Origin: a bacterium
GTDB taxonomy: Bacteria; UBA8248; JACPRG01; G963555815
Reading direction: 5' to 3'
Assembly (NCBI GenBank): GCA_965261595.1
Contig: CBDHDG010000006.1
Location: forward strand, 1,024,001 to 1,088,000
Length of the DNA stretch: 64,000 nucleotides
The notes beneath the pieces are model-generated. The model was not told where the DNA came from. It was given only the letters and a program-made list of their open reading frames with translations, and ran no database searches. Below, one piece after another: positions 20,285 through 30,124 of the stretch (position 1 is its first letter; each line of letters begins with the position of its first letter). Made by a program: the position numbers and the translations under genes.

Positions 20285-20559
20285 CAATCCCCCAAAAGAA
20301 AAAATGGGTAGGGCGAGGGGAGAACGTTCGTCTGAGCCGAGTTATGGGCGTTGAAGGGGGGCAATCATGGAGACATTCTGGATATGGGCGGGAACCGCGT
20401 GCGTGGCCGCCGTCTTAGGCGTATGGATAGCGCTATGGCGTGTCTATGGAAGGGCCTCACGGCTACGCATCTTGAGAATGATCCGAAAAAAGCGTCGGGA
20501 CTTAAAACCAGACTGGCTCAGCAGAACCAGGGACGGATGATTATCTGTGAGCCACGCTT

Positions 20560-20967
20560 TCATAGCCGTGATCCGGCTAGCGCCTCAACGAGACGCTGAC
20601 TCGGATTTTCCGAGCTATAGTTTCCGTCCTCCTGCCATGACTTCGTGTGAAGCCAATTGGTGTGCTTCTCGACCAAGCGAACCAGCGCTTCATGCTCGAT
20701 CAGGTACCACTCCTGGCCCATCGGAAATGCCATATGGAGCGATTTTCCAACATACTTTTTTGAGAGTGTGAGTCGCGCTTTCAACTGCACTTTCAGCGTA
20801 CTTTTGCCATCTTTGTGATACGCGAGAAAGTTTGCTCCCTGCCAGTCGTCCGCGAGCTTGATGCAGTTGTATCCGTATTCGGAGAGTTTTCCCGCAATTT
20901 TGTGAAAATTGAAGACCTCCTTCTGCTTGGAGCCCAAATCGGTGTATTCGATCCTCCTGAGTTTCAT
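20560..20967 (-). CDS. Hypothetical protein, PD-(D/E)xK-like nuclease fold
   Basis: E..NF.K..DDWQGANF..LKVQLK pattern; lower GC than the flanks. Confidence 0.6.
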   Translation of the reverse strand: MKLRRIEYTDLGSKQKEVFNFHKIAGKLSEYGYNCIKLADDWQGANFLAYHKDGKSTLKVQLKARLTLSKKYVGKSLHMAFPMGQEWYLIEHEALVRLVEKHTNWLHTKSWQEDGNYSSENPSQRLVEALAGSRL

Positions 20968-21038
20968 GATGGTCCCCCGCTCTAGGGTTTTGTTGGACAC
21001 TCGATTGATCCATGATTCATGGAGAAAGGGGTGTCGCG

Positions 21039-21425
21039 ATGAACGAACAAAAGCAAGAGGGGGCTTTGGCGGAGGGCGCCCGTAGGGCGAACGGAGCCAA
21101 GGCCCCAGGGCATCGCAGTGAGCGGGGTCGGTTCTCCTGCCAGCGCAAGCGGGAGGCGGTCCTGCGTCTTTTGCGGGGCGAGAGCCTGGAGACGCTCTGC
21201 CGCGAGTTGGGCACGACAGCGGCTCGGCTTTCCGCCTGGCGCGAGGCGTTCCTTCGCGGGGGCGAGGCGGCGCTCAAAGCCCGTCCGGCGGATGAGCGGG
21301 CCGAGGAGAACGCCCGGCTCAAGGCCAAGGTGGGCGAACTCACGATGGAGGGCGAGGTCCTGCGGGAGAAGATCGACCGCCTGGAGGCCGGCCGCCCTTT
21401 AGCCGGCAGGAGGTGGAGGCGATGA
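21039..21425 (+). CDS. IS3 transposase OrfA, copy 4
   Basis: D-to-A variant (ERAEEN). Confidence 0.9.
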   Translation: MNEQKQEGALAEGARRANGAKAPGHRSERGRFSCQRKREAVLRLLRGESLETLCRELGTTAARLSAWREAFLRGGEAALKARPADERAEENARLKAKVGELTMEGEVLREKIDRLEAGRPLAGRRWRR

Positions 21426-22330
21426 GTCAGGCCCGCTTCACCTCCACGGGCAGAGCCTACGGCCTGAAGCGGGTGTGCGCCCTTTGGGGCTTGGCGCGCT
21501 CCACGGTCTACGCGCAACGGCGGCGAGAGGCGGTCCCCGTTCATGAACGCCCCACGCCCAATAAGCGCGGCCCTGTGGGCCCGTGCACCGATGCGGAACT
21601 CCTCGGCCACATCCGGCAGGTCCTGGAGGACTCTCCCTTCCATGGCGAGGGCTACCGCAAGGTGTGGGCGAGGCTGCGCTTCGCGGGCATCCGCACCAGC
21701 AAGGAGCGGGTGCGTCGCCTGATGCGGGAGGCGGGGCTTCAGGCCCCCCACCGGGTGGGCAAACCCCGAGGTCCCAAGGCCCACAACGGGACCATCCGCA
21801 CCGAGCGGCCCGACCGAATGTGGGGCACGGACATGACGACGACGGTGACCACCGAGGAGGGGATGGCCTCGGTGTTCGTGGCGGTGGATCACTGCTCGGT
21901 GGACTGCGTGGGGATCCATGCGGCCAAGAGCGGCAACCGCTTCGAGGCCCTGGAGCCGATCCGGCAGGGGGTCGCCGAGCGCTTCGCCGGCTTGGAGGCG
22001 GACGTCGCCGAGGGGCTTAAAGTTCGTCACGACCACGGCCCCGCCTATCTGTCCGATGACTTTCAGCGGGAGATCGCCTACCTGGGCATGACCAGTTCGC
22101 CCAGCTTCGTGCGGGCGCCCGAGGGAAATGGCTACTGTGAGTGGTTCATCCGCACCTTGAAGGAGAATCTCCTGTGGGTGCGCTCTTTCGCCACCGTAGA
22201 GGAACTGCGGTGGGCGCTGCTTGAGTTCAAGAACCTGTACAACCATCATTGGATTCTCGAGGGCTACGGCTACCGAACGCCGGCCCAGGCAAGGCAGGAA
22301 AAACTCGCTCAAGTTGCGGAGGCCGCATGA
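21413..22330 (+). CDS. IS3 transposase OrfB, copy 4
   Basis: Intact DDE motifs. Confidence 0.9.
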   Translation: MEAMSQARFTSTGRAYGLKRVCALWGLARSTVYAQRRREAVPVHERPTPNKRGPVGPCTDAELLGHIRQVLEDSPFHGEGYRKVWARLRFAGIRTSKERVRRLMREAGLQAPHRVGKPRGPKAHNGTIRTERPDRMWGTDMTTTVTTEEGMASVFVAVDHCSVDCVGIHAAKSGNRFEALEPIRQGVAERFAGLEADVAEGLKVRHDHGPAYLSDDFQREIAYLGMTSSPSFVRAPEGNGYCEWFIRTLKENLLWVRSFATVEELRWALLEFKNLYNHHWILEGYGYRTPAQARQEKLAQVAEAA

Positions 22331-22847
22331 GGTCGAATACCCTCACCCGAGTGTCCAATAACCCAGGGGGTGGTCCAATGGGGTGTCCGCGTCTGTGGGC
22401 CTGGACCCGTCATTCCGCCCTGCGCGCCCCTCTGAAGGTCTTTTCTCTGTGCAGTCGGCCGCTATCAAAACCTTTACGACTTTCGATTTCGGGTCATTCA
22501 TGCCAATTCGATATCCAACCACCCTTGCCGCGTGATGGCATTCCTTCCTCGTCTCGAACTGGGCATTACCAGGTGGATAGTTAAACTCACAGGCAGGGTG
22601 CGTGAACACGGCCTATCCCTCCCTCTCGATTTCAGGACAAATACCAGGCAACTCCACAACGAGCGAATGCGAACCATAGGACTTTCCGTTGATTTCCCGC
22701 CCTGCGCGCGCCCCTGAAGAACTTTGGAAAACCTCAAAAGCCTCAATTTCTCAAAGGCGAGAGGCGAAAGCCGAGAGGCAAAAGTCAAAGGCGAAAGATT
22801 GAGGCGAAATCCCTGCGTCAGATATGGCTGGCCGCAGGTGGATCATC

Positions 22848-23398
22848 TTATGTTGGTTCATTTAACTTTTTGAGAATTTGAGAAATTCGGGCCGGCGTCA
22901 AGTCGAACGTTCGGGCGATCTTGATTTGCTTCATCCCGGCGTCTTTTGCGTCAAGTATTGCCAGGTTGCGCGGATGGTTTTTTTCCATTCGCACCTTGCC
23001 GCTGATTCTCCCCCGCGCCGCCTGCTTCCGAATCCACCCTTTTTTATGGAATCCCCTCGCCTCCCATTTCCGGCGATATATGGCCACTTTCTTAGCGGTC
23101 GCCCTTACCTCGCTTGTGTGAAGCGGAAATTGAAATGTGGCGTTAATCCATTGGGCTTCTACGAGAACGCTTTCGGCTTGATTGTCTTTTCGTCCGGCCC
23201 ATCTCATAAGGCCGGCGAACAGATCGCAGTTTCGGCCCACTCCCCCGGGTTTGGCCGTCGCTGTTTTCCAATTCGGCGGAAGCGCTGCGGAGACCGCCTC
23301 ATCAAGTTCCGACAATTCCCAGGGATGTTGACGTAACCACAAAACTTGAGTTCGCCATTGCGGTTTTGTGAGCGGATTCCTCGCCAATGCCCCGGAAA
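22848..23398 (-). pseudogene. ColE2/pAL5000-type plasmid replicase, C-terminal half (PriCT plus HTH)
   Basis: SGALARNP, GRNCDLF, N..F..PL..SEV.ATAK, QAARGRISG, C-terminal HTH; primase N-terminus missing. Confidence 0.75.
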
Positions 23399-23610
23399 TA
23401 AAGCGCTTTTATATCCTCTTTTACGACTCCGTTCCACACGATACGTTTGCCGCTCCGGCGAGTCAGTCCCGCGTACTTCTCGACCCCCATGGCCTCCAGG
23501 CGCTTCGCCATTGCCATGGCATAACAATGGGTGCAACCGGTTGTCAGAACGGAGCATCCTGCCACGGGATTCCAGGTTGCATCCGTCCACTCTATCCGGG
23601 TCTCCGACAT
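23399..23610 (-). pseudogene. DUF5131 (phage Gp37/Gp68-like) protein, N-terminal fragment
   Basis: T.IEWTDATWNPVAGCS..GCTHCYA motif; AAGGAG RBS; truncated at the junction with the rep fragment. Confidence 0.8.
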
Positions 23611-23664
23611 CTTATTCTCCTTGATGACTCGCCATAACGAACTGAACGCTGAGCACTCGCTTTT

Positions 23665-23945
23665 TCATCGCGCCGCGTTTTGAAGCGGGTTGAACGTTTC
23701 GACGCCGATGAAGTCCCTCTCATTGTCGGTCACGACGATACATTCATTGGCTTCCGCGGTCGCCGCGATGCTCGTGTCGAGCGCGCTGCGGGAACGGCCT
23801 TGCGCCTTGCCTATCCGCCATAAGTCTTGCCCAGACGAGACCGGCCTTCTCGTCGAAGGGGAGGACGCGACCGGCGAAAAGAGTCGATGGACTTTCAGGG
23901 CCCGCGAACCACGCTTCAAGTTGATCATGTTTGCGACCGGCACGC
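23665..23945 (-). pseudogene. VapC/PIN-domain toxin remnant (5'-truncated, frameshifted)
   Basis: LEAWFAGPES..LFAGRVLPFDEKAGLVWARLMAD, frameshift, then GKAQGRSRSALD.SIAATA..VVTDNERDF. Confidence 0.75.
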
Positions 23946-24001
23946 CACCTGCTCGCGTCGCAATCGGTTGGCCGGATAGGCCGATCATACGGCCGTCAGG
24001 T

Positions 24002-25552
24002 TCAGGCGATGGCATCAGCGAACACCTCGCGGTAAATCGTTTCAATCCGCGCGACCTCGTCATCGGTCAGCGCGGCAAATTCCTTTTCCTGGCCGCGCTG
24101 GGAAAGTCTACCGCCATTCTGGTGCAGGAATCGGAACAGAAGATCATACAGCCTCTCCGGCATATCGATCATCAGGTTCAGTTCCCTGCGAAATGCGTCG
24201 TACCGCTTCAGGAATGAGGCTTCTCCCGGCAGGTCGTGTTCGATGGTCTGCTGTACGCATCCATACAGAAATTCGGTGTGCGGCGTCGCATCGAAGAATC
24301 GGTAAAAATCGTCTGTATCATTCAACACCCGGACGTTGCCGCCATTCGTCGGCTCCCAGTCCACAACCGGCAGCAGTCGCCGTGAATAGTCTTCGAGCAC
24401 GAGGCGGTAGTCATCGATCCGTTCCAGAATGGCCGCTGATACAGGAAAGACGACGCCGGGCGGGTTGAAGCCCCGCTGGGCCAGGACATGGTGGACCAGA
24501 TAGCGGTGCAGCCGGCCGTTTCCGTCCTCGAAAGGGTGGATATAGACAAAGCCGAATGCGAGAACCGACGCCGCCACGACTGGATCGAGCTGTTGCGCGG
24601 CCTGCTGGTCGAAAGCGATCATGCCCTCTACGAGTCGGGTCAGATGTTCCGGTCTGGCGCTGATATGGCCTGGTATCGGCATGCCCGATTCGCGGTCTCG
24701 TTCGCCGACGAAACCGCCCTCGTTCCGCAGACCGAGATGGACGAACCGGGCATCGCCGATCACGATGCGCTGCAGGCGCAGCAGTTCGTCAAGACCGATC
24801 GGTTGTCGGCCGGCCTGGCCGATGGCGCGGCCCCACCGCTGGATGCGGTCCTGCGGCGGATATTCACCCTCAATGACGAAGCTGGATTTGGAATCTTTCA
24901 GCAACAGGAAGGCTGCCGTGCGCGCCAGGAGGTCGCGCGGGACTGCTGCAACGGCATCTTGTGCGCGCAGGTGCAACTCCATGGCGATGAAACGCTCCAG
25001 CGCCTCGGTGCGGAACACCAACGGACAGAAATCCGGCGTGCCTGGCAGGTTGTTCTTTACCCGGTGTCGTGACGATGTTTCCGAGCGAGCCGCATATTGC
25101 AGGTCCGGATCGACGATTTGCGCATAGGCTCCGCGATCGGAGTTCGGCAGATCGAGCCGCGTCCCGGTCAGCCATTCATAGAGGAACCAGATGCGTCTGG
25201 CGTAGGCGCCCGTCGGCCTGGTCTTGACGATGTTTTCGATGGGCGCGGGGCCGCTCGCGGCAAACAGGCGTTTGAGGACAGAGAGGTGAAGCCCCTCGTG
25301 CTTCAGCGCGAAGGTGAGATGGCCTTCAAGGCTCGCATTCGGTGTATAGCGAGGCGAATAGATGCGCCAGCCACCATCCTCGATGCGCCTGTGCCGCTCA
25401 CCCGTGGCGCTCAGAACACGAGGGAGCGGCACACGCAGACCATAGGTCCCGATAAGCGCGGCGTATCCGGCCGGGGTGGCTATCACTGGAAGCCGCCGTT
25501 CCTGAAAAACGGTAACCAGGCCTGAAAAACGATTCTGATCAGGGGCGTTCAT
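24002..25552 (-). CDS. Fic family protein
   Basis: Canonical HPFEDGNGRLHR motif; 516 aa. Confidence 0.92.
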   Translation of the reverse strand: MNAPDQNRFSGLVTVFQERRLPVIATPAGYAALIGTYGLRVPLPRVLSATGERHRRIEDGGWRIYSPRYTPNASLEGHLTFALKHEGLHLSVLKRLFAASGPAPIENIVKTRPTGAYARRIWFLYEWLTGTRLDLPNSDRGAYAQIVDPDLQYAARSETSSRHRVKNNLPGTPDFCPLVFRTEALERFIAMELHLRAQDAVAAVPRDLLARTAAFLLLKDSKSSFVIEGEYPPQDRIQRWGRAIGQAGRQPIGLDELLRLQRIVIGDARFVHLGLRNEGGFVGERDRESGMPIPGHISARPEHLTRLVEGMIAFDQQAAQQLDPVVAASVLAFGFVYIHPFEDGNGRLHRYLVHHVLAQRGFNPPGVVFPVSAAILERIDDYRLVLEDYSRRLLPVVDWEPTNGGNVRVLNDTDDFYRFFDATPHTEFLYGCVQQTIEHDLPGEASFLKRYDAFRRELNLMIDMPERLYDLLFRFLHQNGGRLSQRGQEKEFAALTDDEVARIETIYREVFADAIA

Positions 25553-25880
25553 TTTAAAACTGTTTCCTATCCGGCGCAGGTCGGACTAGTCGTCCTGTCC
25601 ATGAAAAACGATACTTATCTATGAATATTGATAACATATACGGGATTAAATGAAAAACTATTATTTCTTGGGCCGGAATTACACGCAGTCCGCTCCAGGG
25701 CGACTGCCTGGCGAAGACGCGCGTCAACAAGGAGGTGTTGCTCCCCCATGACTATCCGGCGCGGCGAAGCAACTCCCCGACATCGATCCACCACTTACTG
25801 CATCATCCGGCTTGTTACACGGCCGAGCACCGGCGCGCCCGGCTGTCATCCGCGGTTCGCCGCTCAACACGCAAAGCCGC

Positions 25881-27158
25881 TCACGGACTGTTCTCTGCGC
25901 GAGGAGTGATGTCTTGCCCGACCGCGTGGGATCCTGTCCGGGCCTGTGCCGCGTATTGCCCGAAAGCATGCCTCCAGTCTTCGCCCAGAATGTCGGTCGC
26001 GATGCTGTCCGCGACCCGCACCGCCGCCTCGTGCACCGAATCACGCGCGAGATGCGCGTAGCGCGCCGTGGTCTCGACCTGCGTGTGGCCAAGGAGCTTT
26101 CCGATCATCGGGAGAGACTCGCCCAGCGCCAGGGGCCTGGACGCGTAGCTGTGCCTGCAGTCGTGGATACGCATGTCCGTGAGTCCCGCGCGCTCGCAGA
26201 CGATCTCCCAGGGGTCGTTCAGGTTGCGCATCGGCCTGCCCTTGACCTTGCCCGGAATGACGAACGGATTATCTTGAACGCGCGGGATAGCCGCCAGCAC
26301 CCCGGCGGCTTCCGGCGAGAGCGGGATCCTCCGCGGGCCGGTCTTGGTGTCAGGCAATCTGAGCTCGTTCGCCTCGAGGTCCACCTCGTCCCAGCGAAGC
26401 GAGAGGATCTCGTTCTTCCGGCATCCGGTCAGGAGAAGCAGGCGGATAGCCGCCACCGCGTGAACCGAAACCCCCTTGCAGGTCTCCGCCTCGTCCAGCA
26501 CCCGGCCGAGACGCCGGAACTCCTCCCCGGTCAGGAACCGGTCGCGGGCGCGCTCACGGTATTTGACCACCAGCCGGCACGGGTTGGCGGCCTCGGGGAT
26601 CAGCCCCCGGTCCCCGGCCGCGTTGTATATCCGCGAGAGCACGTCCACCACGCGGTTCGCCATGAACGGCGTCTCCCGGAGCTTGTGGTGCAACCCGCTC
26701 ACATGGGCGCGTTCGACCGCAAGCGCGGGCATTTTGCCGAGTGCGGGCAGGATGTGTTTCCGGACGGCCTGGCCGTACATCTCCGCCGTCTTCGGCTTGC
26801 ACCGCACCGCGACGTGTTCTTCGAGATACGCCCGGGCAAGCTCCGCCACCGTCGGTCCACCGGCCAGCCTGGCCGACATGGGTTCGGGGACCGGCTCCTC
26901 GCCCGCCTTGATCCGCGCGATGATAAGCGCCGCCCGCCTGCGCGCCTCCTCGGCCGTAACGACGCCGTGGCGTCCCACCGTCACCCGCTTCGCCGCCCGG
27001 CCGCCCGCGCGGGTCTGCACCACGTAGTACTTGCTCCCCGACGGATAGACCCGTACCCCGAAACCGCTCAGTTCGCTGTCCCAGAACACCGTGTCCTTCT
27101 CGACCTGAAGCGCCTCTACCGTGCGCCTCGAGATCGTCTTCGTCTCAAACCTCGCCAT
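25881..27158 (-). CDS. Tyrosine recombinase/integrase with N-terminal arm-binding (DUF4102) domain
   Basis: WDSELSGFGVRVYPSG; TGCRKNEI, HDCRH, LLGH..TTARY catalytic residues. Confidence 0.93.
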   Translation of the reverse strand: MARFETKTISRRTVEALQVEKDTVFWDSELSGFGVRVYPSGSKYYVVQTRAGGRAAKRVTVGRHGVVTAEEARRRAALIIARIKAGEEPVPEPMSARLAGGPTVAELARAYLEEHVAVRCKPKTAEMYGQAVRKHILPALGKMPALAVERAHVSGLHHKLRETPFMANRVVDVLSRIYNAAGDRGLIPEAANPCRLVVKYRERARDRFLTGEEFRRLGRVLDEAETCKGVSVHAVAAIRLLLLTGCRKNEILSLRWDEVDLEANELRLPDTKTGPRRIPLSPEAAGVLAAIPRVQDNPFVIPGKVKGRPMRNLNDPWEIVCERAGLTDMRIHDCRHSYASRPLALGESLPMIGKLLGHTQVETTARYAHLARDSVHEAAVRVADSIATDILGEDWRHAFGQYAAQARTGSHAVGQDITPRAENSP

Positions 27159-27170
27159 ACCCCTTCTCCC

Positions 27171-27251
27171 TTACGCGCCGCCGTTCAGAACGTCCGCCCC
27201 GATGCTGCCGCCGACCTTCGCGGCGGACGCCTTCTCCGTATCACGCGCGAG
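27171..27251 (-). pseudogene. C-terminal tail of a second, upstream tyrosine integrase
   Basis: LARDTEKASAAKVGGSIGADVLNGGA* parallels LARDSVHEAAVRVADSIATDILG of the intact integrase; cut by IS3. Confidence 0.7.
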
Positions 27252-27256
27252 TGGAG

Positions 27257-28345
27257 TTACCCCGTTTCAGTGGACAGTTTAGGGCTGTCGTCCCCAGCCC
27301 TGAGGTGGGCGACAGCCGGTGGACGTACAGTCTTCTCCCTATCCGATAGATAGGGTGCCCCCGGGGGGTATGTCTTGACCTTTGGCTCGCTGCTCCGGGA
27401 AGCACCGGGGACGGCTCGAGTCGGACGATGAGCGTTGCGCACTGCACGTGGCGTTTCCTTCGCCGCGGACCGTTCGAAGTCGTTGGGGCTGAGGTAACCC
27501 AGGGCCGAATGACGACGGCGTGGGTTGTACCAGCCTTCGATGAATTGGAAGATCGCCAGGCGCGCTTCGGCCTGGGTACGGAACGAGCGCCGGTCGATGA
27601 GCTCGCACTCCAGCGTGGCAAAGAAGCTCTCGGCCATGGCGTTGTCGAAGCAATCCCCGGCCGACCCGGTCGAGGGAACCACCCCCATCTCCCGGCACCG
27701 CCTGCCGAAGGCGAGCGAAGTGTACTGCGATCCCCTGTCGGAGTGATGCACGACCCCGTCGGGGCGGCGCTGTCCCAACGCCATGTTCAGCGCCCCGAGC
27801 ACCAGTTCGGTGCGAAGATGGTGGGTCATGGACCATCCCACCACCCGGCGGCTGAACACGTCGAGCACGATGGCCAGGTACACGAACCCCGTCCAGGTCG
27901 GCACGTAGGTCACGTCGGCCACCCAAAGCCGATCCGGCGCATCGGCCTGGAACTGGCGTTCGACCCGGTCCGGGACCACACAATGGCTCTGGTCCACGCG
28001 CGTAGTGCGCATGCCTCGGCGTCGGCTCACCCCGGCCAAGCCTGCCTCGCGCATCAGACGAGCCACCCGATTGCGGCTCACCCGGCAGCCGCCGGCCATC
28101 AGCTCGGCATGGACCCGAGGCGCCCCGTAGGTGCCACCAGATACCTCGTGGATGGCCCGGATCGTGCCCCGCAACGCCTCCTCGCGCTTCGCACGAAGAG
28201 AACGCCCACGGCTTCGCCACGCGTAGTATCCGCTGGGGGAGACACCCAGCCGACGGCACATCGTGGCCACCCGATGGCAGGCCTGATTCGCCTTCACGAG
28301 CTCGAAGACTTCGCCCGGACCGAGCCGGTCTCCCGAGCGAACCAA
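27257..28345 (-). CDS. IS3 transposase OrfB
   Basis: WVADVTY, HHSDRGSQY, DNAMAESFF. Confidence 0.9.
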   Translation of the reverse strand: MVRSGDRLGPGEVFELVKANQACHRVATMCRRLGVSPSGYYAWRSRGRSLRAKREEALRGTIRAIHEVSGGTYGAPRVHAELMAGGCRVSRNRVARLMREAGLAGVSRRRGMRTTRVDQSHCVVPDRVERQFQADAPDRLWVADVTYVPTWTGFVYLAIVLDVFSRRVVGWSMTHHLRTELVLGALNMALGQRRPDGVVHHSDRGSQYTSLAFGRRCREMGVVPSTGSAGDCFDNAMAESFFATLECELIDRRSFRTQAEARLAIFQFIEGWYNPRRRHSALGYLSPNDFERSAAKETPRAVRNAHRPTRAVPGASRSSEPKVKTYPPGAPYLSDREKTVRPPAVAHLRAGDDSPKLSTETG

Positions 28346-28608
28346 GCCGTAGCTTTTGCCAGTATCTCGCGTTCTTCGCGAAGCTGACGATTCTCCCGAC
28401 GAAGCCGCCGTAGCTCCTCGAGCTCTGAGCTTGTCAGACCGTCCTCACGACGGCCCTCGTCGCGGTCGGCCTGGCGCACCCAGTTGCGAATCGCCAAAGC
28501 GGAACACTCGAACTCCCGGGCCAGCTCCCCGGGCGTACGGCCCGAGCGAACCAACTCGACCATCTGGCGCCGGTACTCCGGCGCGTAGGGCGAATGAGTC
28601 TTTCGCAT
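28294..28608 (-). CDS. IS3 transposase OrfA
   Basis: [37 protein letters not shown]. Confidence 0.9.
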   Translation of the reverse strand: MRKTHSPYAPEYRRQMVELVRSGRTPGELAREFECSALAIRNWVRQADRDEGRREDGLTSSELEELRRLRRENRQLREEREILAKATAWFARETGSVRAKSSSS

Positions 28609-28662
28609 CTGAACACCTCCTGCGCACAGTCTGAAGGTGTCCACGAAAACGGGTCAACTCCA

Positions 28663-28822
28663 CCGATCCGTCCGGCCGCGCACCGTGCAGTTGAAAGCCT
28701 TGTTTCGCCAAATCAATGCCGATGATGTTCACTTGTTCCATGGACGCTTCCTCCTTCAGGGGTTGAACACGACACCACCTTGCCACAGCGTGATGCCGTC
28801 GGGAGGGGCGTCCACCCCATCG
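28663..28822 (-). pseudogene. IS110/IS1111 left end and first 27 codons of the transposase
   Basis: MEQVNIIGIDLAKQGFQLHG (ATG 28741); GGACGCCCCTCC / GGAGGAAGCGTCC inverted motif of IS1111-type left ends. Confidence 0.8.
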
Positions 28823-29559
28823 ATACGGGTACCGCAGGATCACGGCGATGCTTCGCCTTAGAGGGGTGGAAGGTGAACCCCAAGCGCGTGGAAAGGCTTT
28901 GGAGACAGGAGGGGCTGAAGGTCCCGTCTAGACAGCCGAAACGAAGGAGACTGTGGCTCCATGACGGCTGTTGCGTACGCCTGAGACCGACTCATCGGAA
29001 CCATGTCTGGAGCTATGACTTCATGCATGAGCGCACCCAAGAAGGGAGGGCTTTCCGGCTGTTAACCATTTTGGATGAGCACAGCCTTTGAATGTTGTTC
29101 CATTGATGCCCCAAGGCAGATGAATCACCAGGATGTGCTGGAGCGGTTGGCAGAGCTGTTTGTGGGCCGGGGCGTCCCTGAATGCCTCCGGTCAGATAAC
29201 GGATCGGAGTTCACGGCCAGGGTGGTCAGGGACTGGCTCAAGGCGGTTGGCGTGAGGACGTTGTACATCGAGCCAGGGAGTCCCTGGGAGAACGGATATG
29301 TGGAGAGTTTCAATGGGAAGCTGAGGGATGAGCTCCTGGACGTGGAGGTGTTTGAGACGCTGAAGGAAGCCCGGGTGCTGGTGGAGAGGTGGAGGCGGGA
29401 GTACAACCAGCGACGGCCTCACAGCGCCTTGGCCTACCGGCCGCCTGCGCCAGAGGCCAGATTCCCAAGAACCCAAGCCCTGGCGCCGGTCCCCCGGGGT
29501 GGACTTCAAATGGTCCCGTGTCTAACGTAACAGGTGGTCTCGTTGGGGGGGGCAGGTCA
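28823..29559 (+). pseudogene. IS3-family (IS407 group) orfB remnant, frameshifted, with right end
   Basis: YGYRRIT, VWSYDF, RSDNGSEF, IEPGSPWENGYVESFNGKLRDE; ends GGGGCAGGTCA. Confidence 0.85.
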
Positions 29560-29840
29560 TCGAACCCGGTAGTCCCTGGGACAATGGGTATTGTGAGAGT
29601 TTCAATGGGAAGCTGAGAGACGAATGCCTGAATGGTGAGGTTTCTATTCGGGAGGAGGCCCAGATTGTGATTGAGCCATGGCGGGAGGAATATAACACCC
29701 GGAAACCCCACTCGGCGCTGAATGATAGGCCCCCGGCGCCGGAGGTCTGCACTCCATTCCTTCCCCCCAAACCGGTTTCACAGCCTCAGGCTGTCATGTA
29801 AACTCTCTCCCAAAAAGTGGTACAAAAACTCGTCTGGTCA
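29560..29840 (+). pseudogene. Second IS407-group 3' remnant
   Basis: EPGSPWDNGYCESFNGKLRDECLN..YNTRKPHSAL; ends CTGGTCA. Confidence 0.8.
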
Positions 29841-30061
29841 GCCTGACGGAACGCTTACCGGAACAGTTACGGGGCATCCAGGGGGCGGCCGTCATTCGCA
29901 TCCATGTCACGCCGCAATAGTGCGCAAATCCGATTGCGAAATGCTTACGCAACTCTCTGAAGCGCAATCGGGTGCGCTGCGAAAAATAAAGCTAGCATTT
30001 TATTGTATAATGAAAATATCGGAGATACAACCGTAGGGCAGTTCATATATGTTCCACAAGA

Positions 30062-30115
30062 GTGGCCCTTGTGCAACGCGCGCATGACCTCGAAGCCCTT
30101 GATCGTCCCGTAGGC
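30062..30115 (-). pseudogene. Tiny IS6-family transposase C-terminal fragment
   Basis: AYGTIKGFEVMRALHKG resembles IS26/IS6100 AYATIKG.EVMRALRKG. Confidence 0.65.
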
Positions 30116-30124
30116 CAGAATCAT

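Larger units (their letters stand above)
20973..22377 (+). mobile_element. IS3-family IS, copy 4 (1405 bp)
   Basis: TSD ATGG (20969-72, 22378-81); variant right IR GGGGGTGGTCCA. Confidence 0.95.
27252..28662 (-). mobile_element. Second IS3-family element (1411 bp)
   Basis: IRs TGGAGTTACCCCGTTTCAGTGGACA and TGTCCACGAAAACGGGTCAACTCCA; orfA and orfB present; no TSD. Confidence 0.92.

Noticed and set aside
23665..25552. Functional Fic-VapC toxin module
   Set aside because: The PIN gene is 5'-truncated and frameshifted, and no antitoxin is visible
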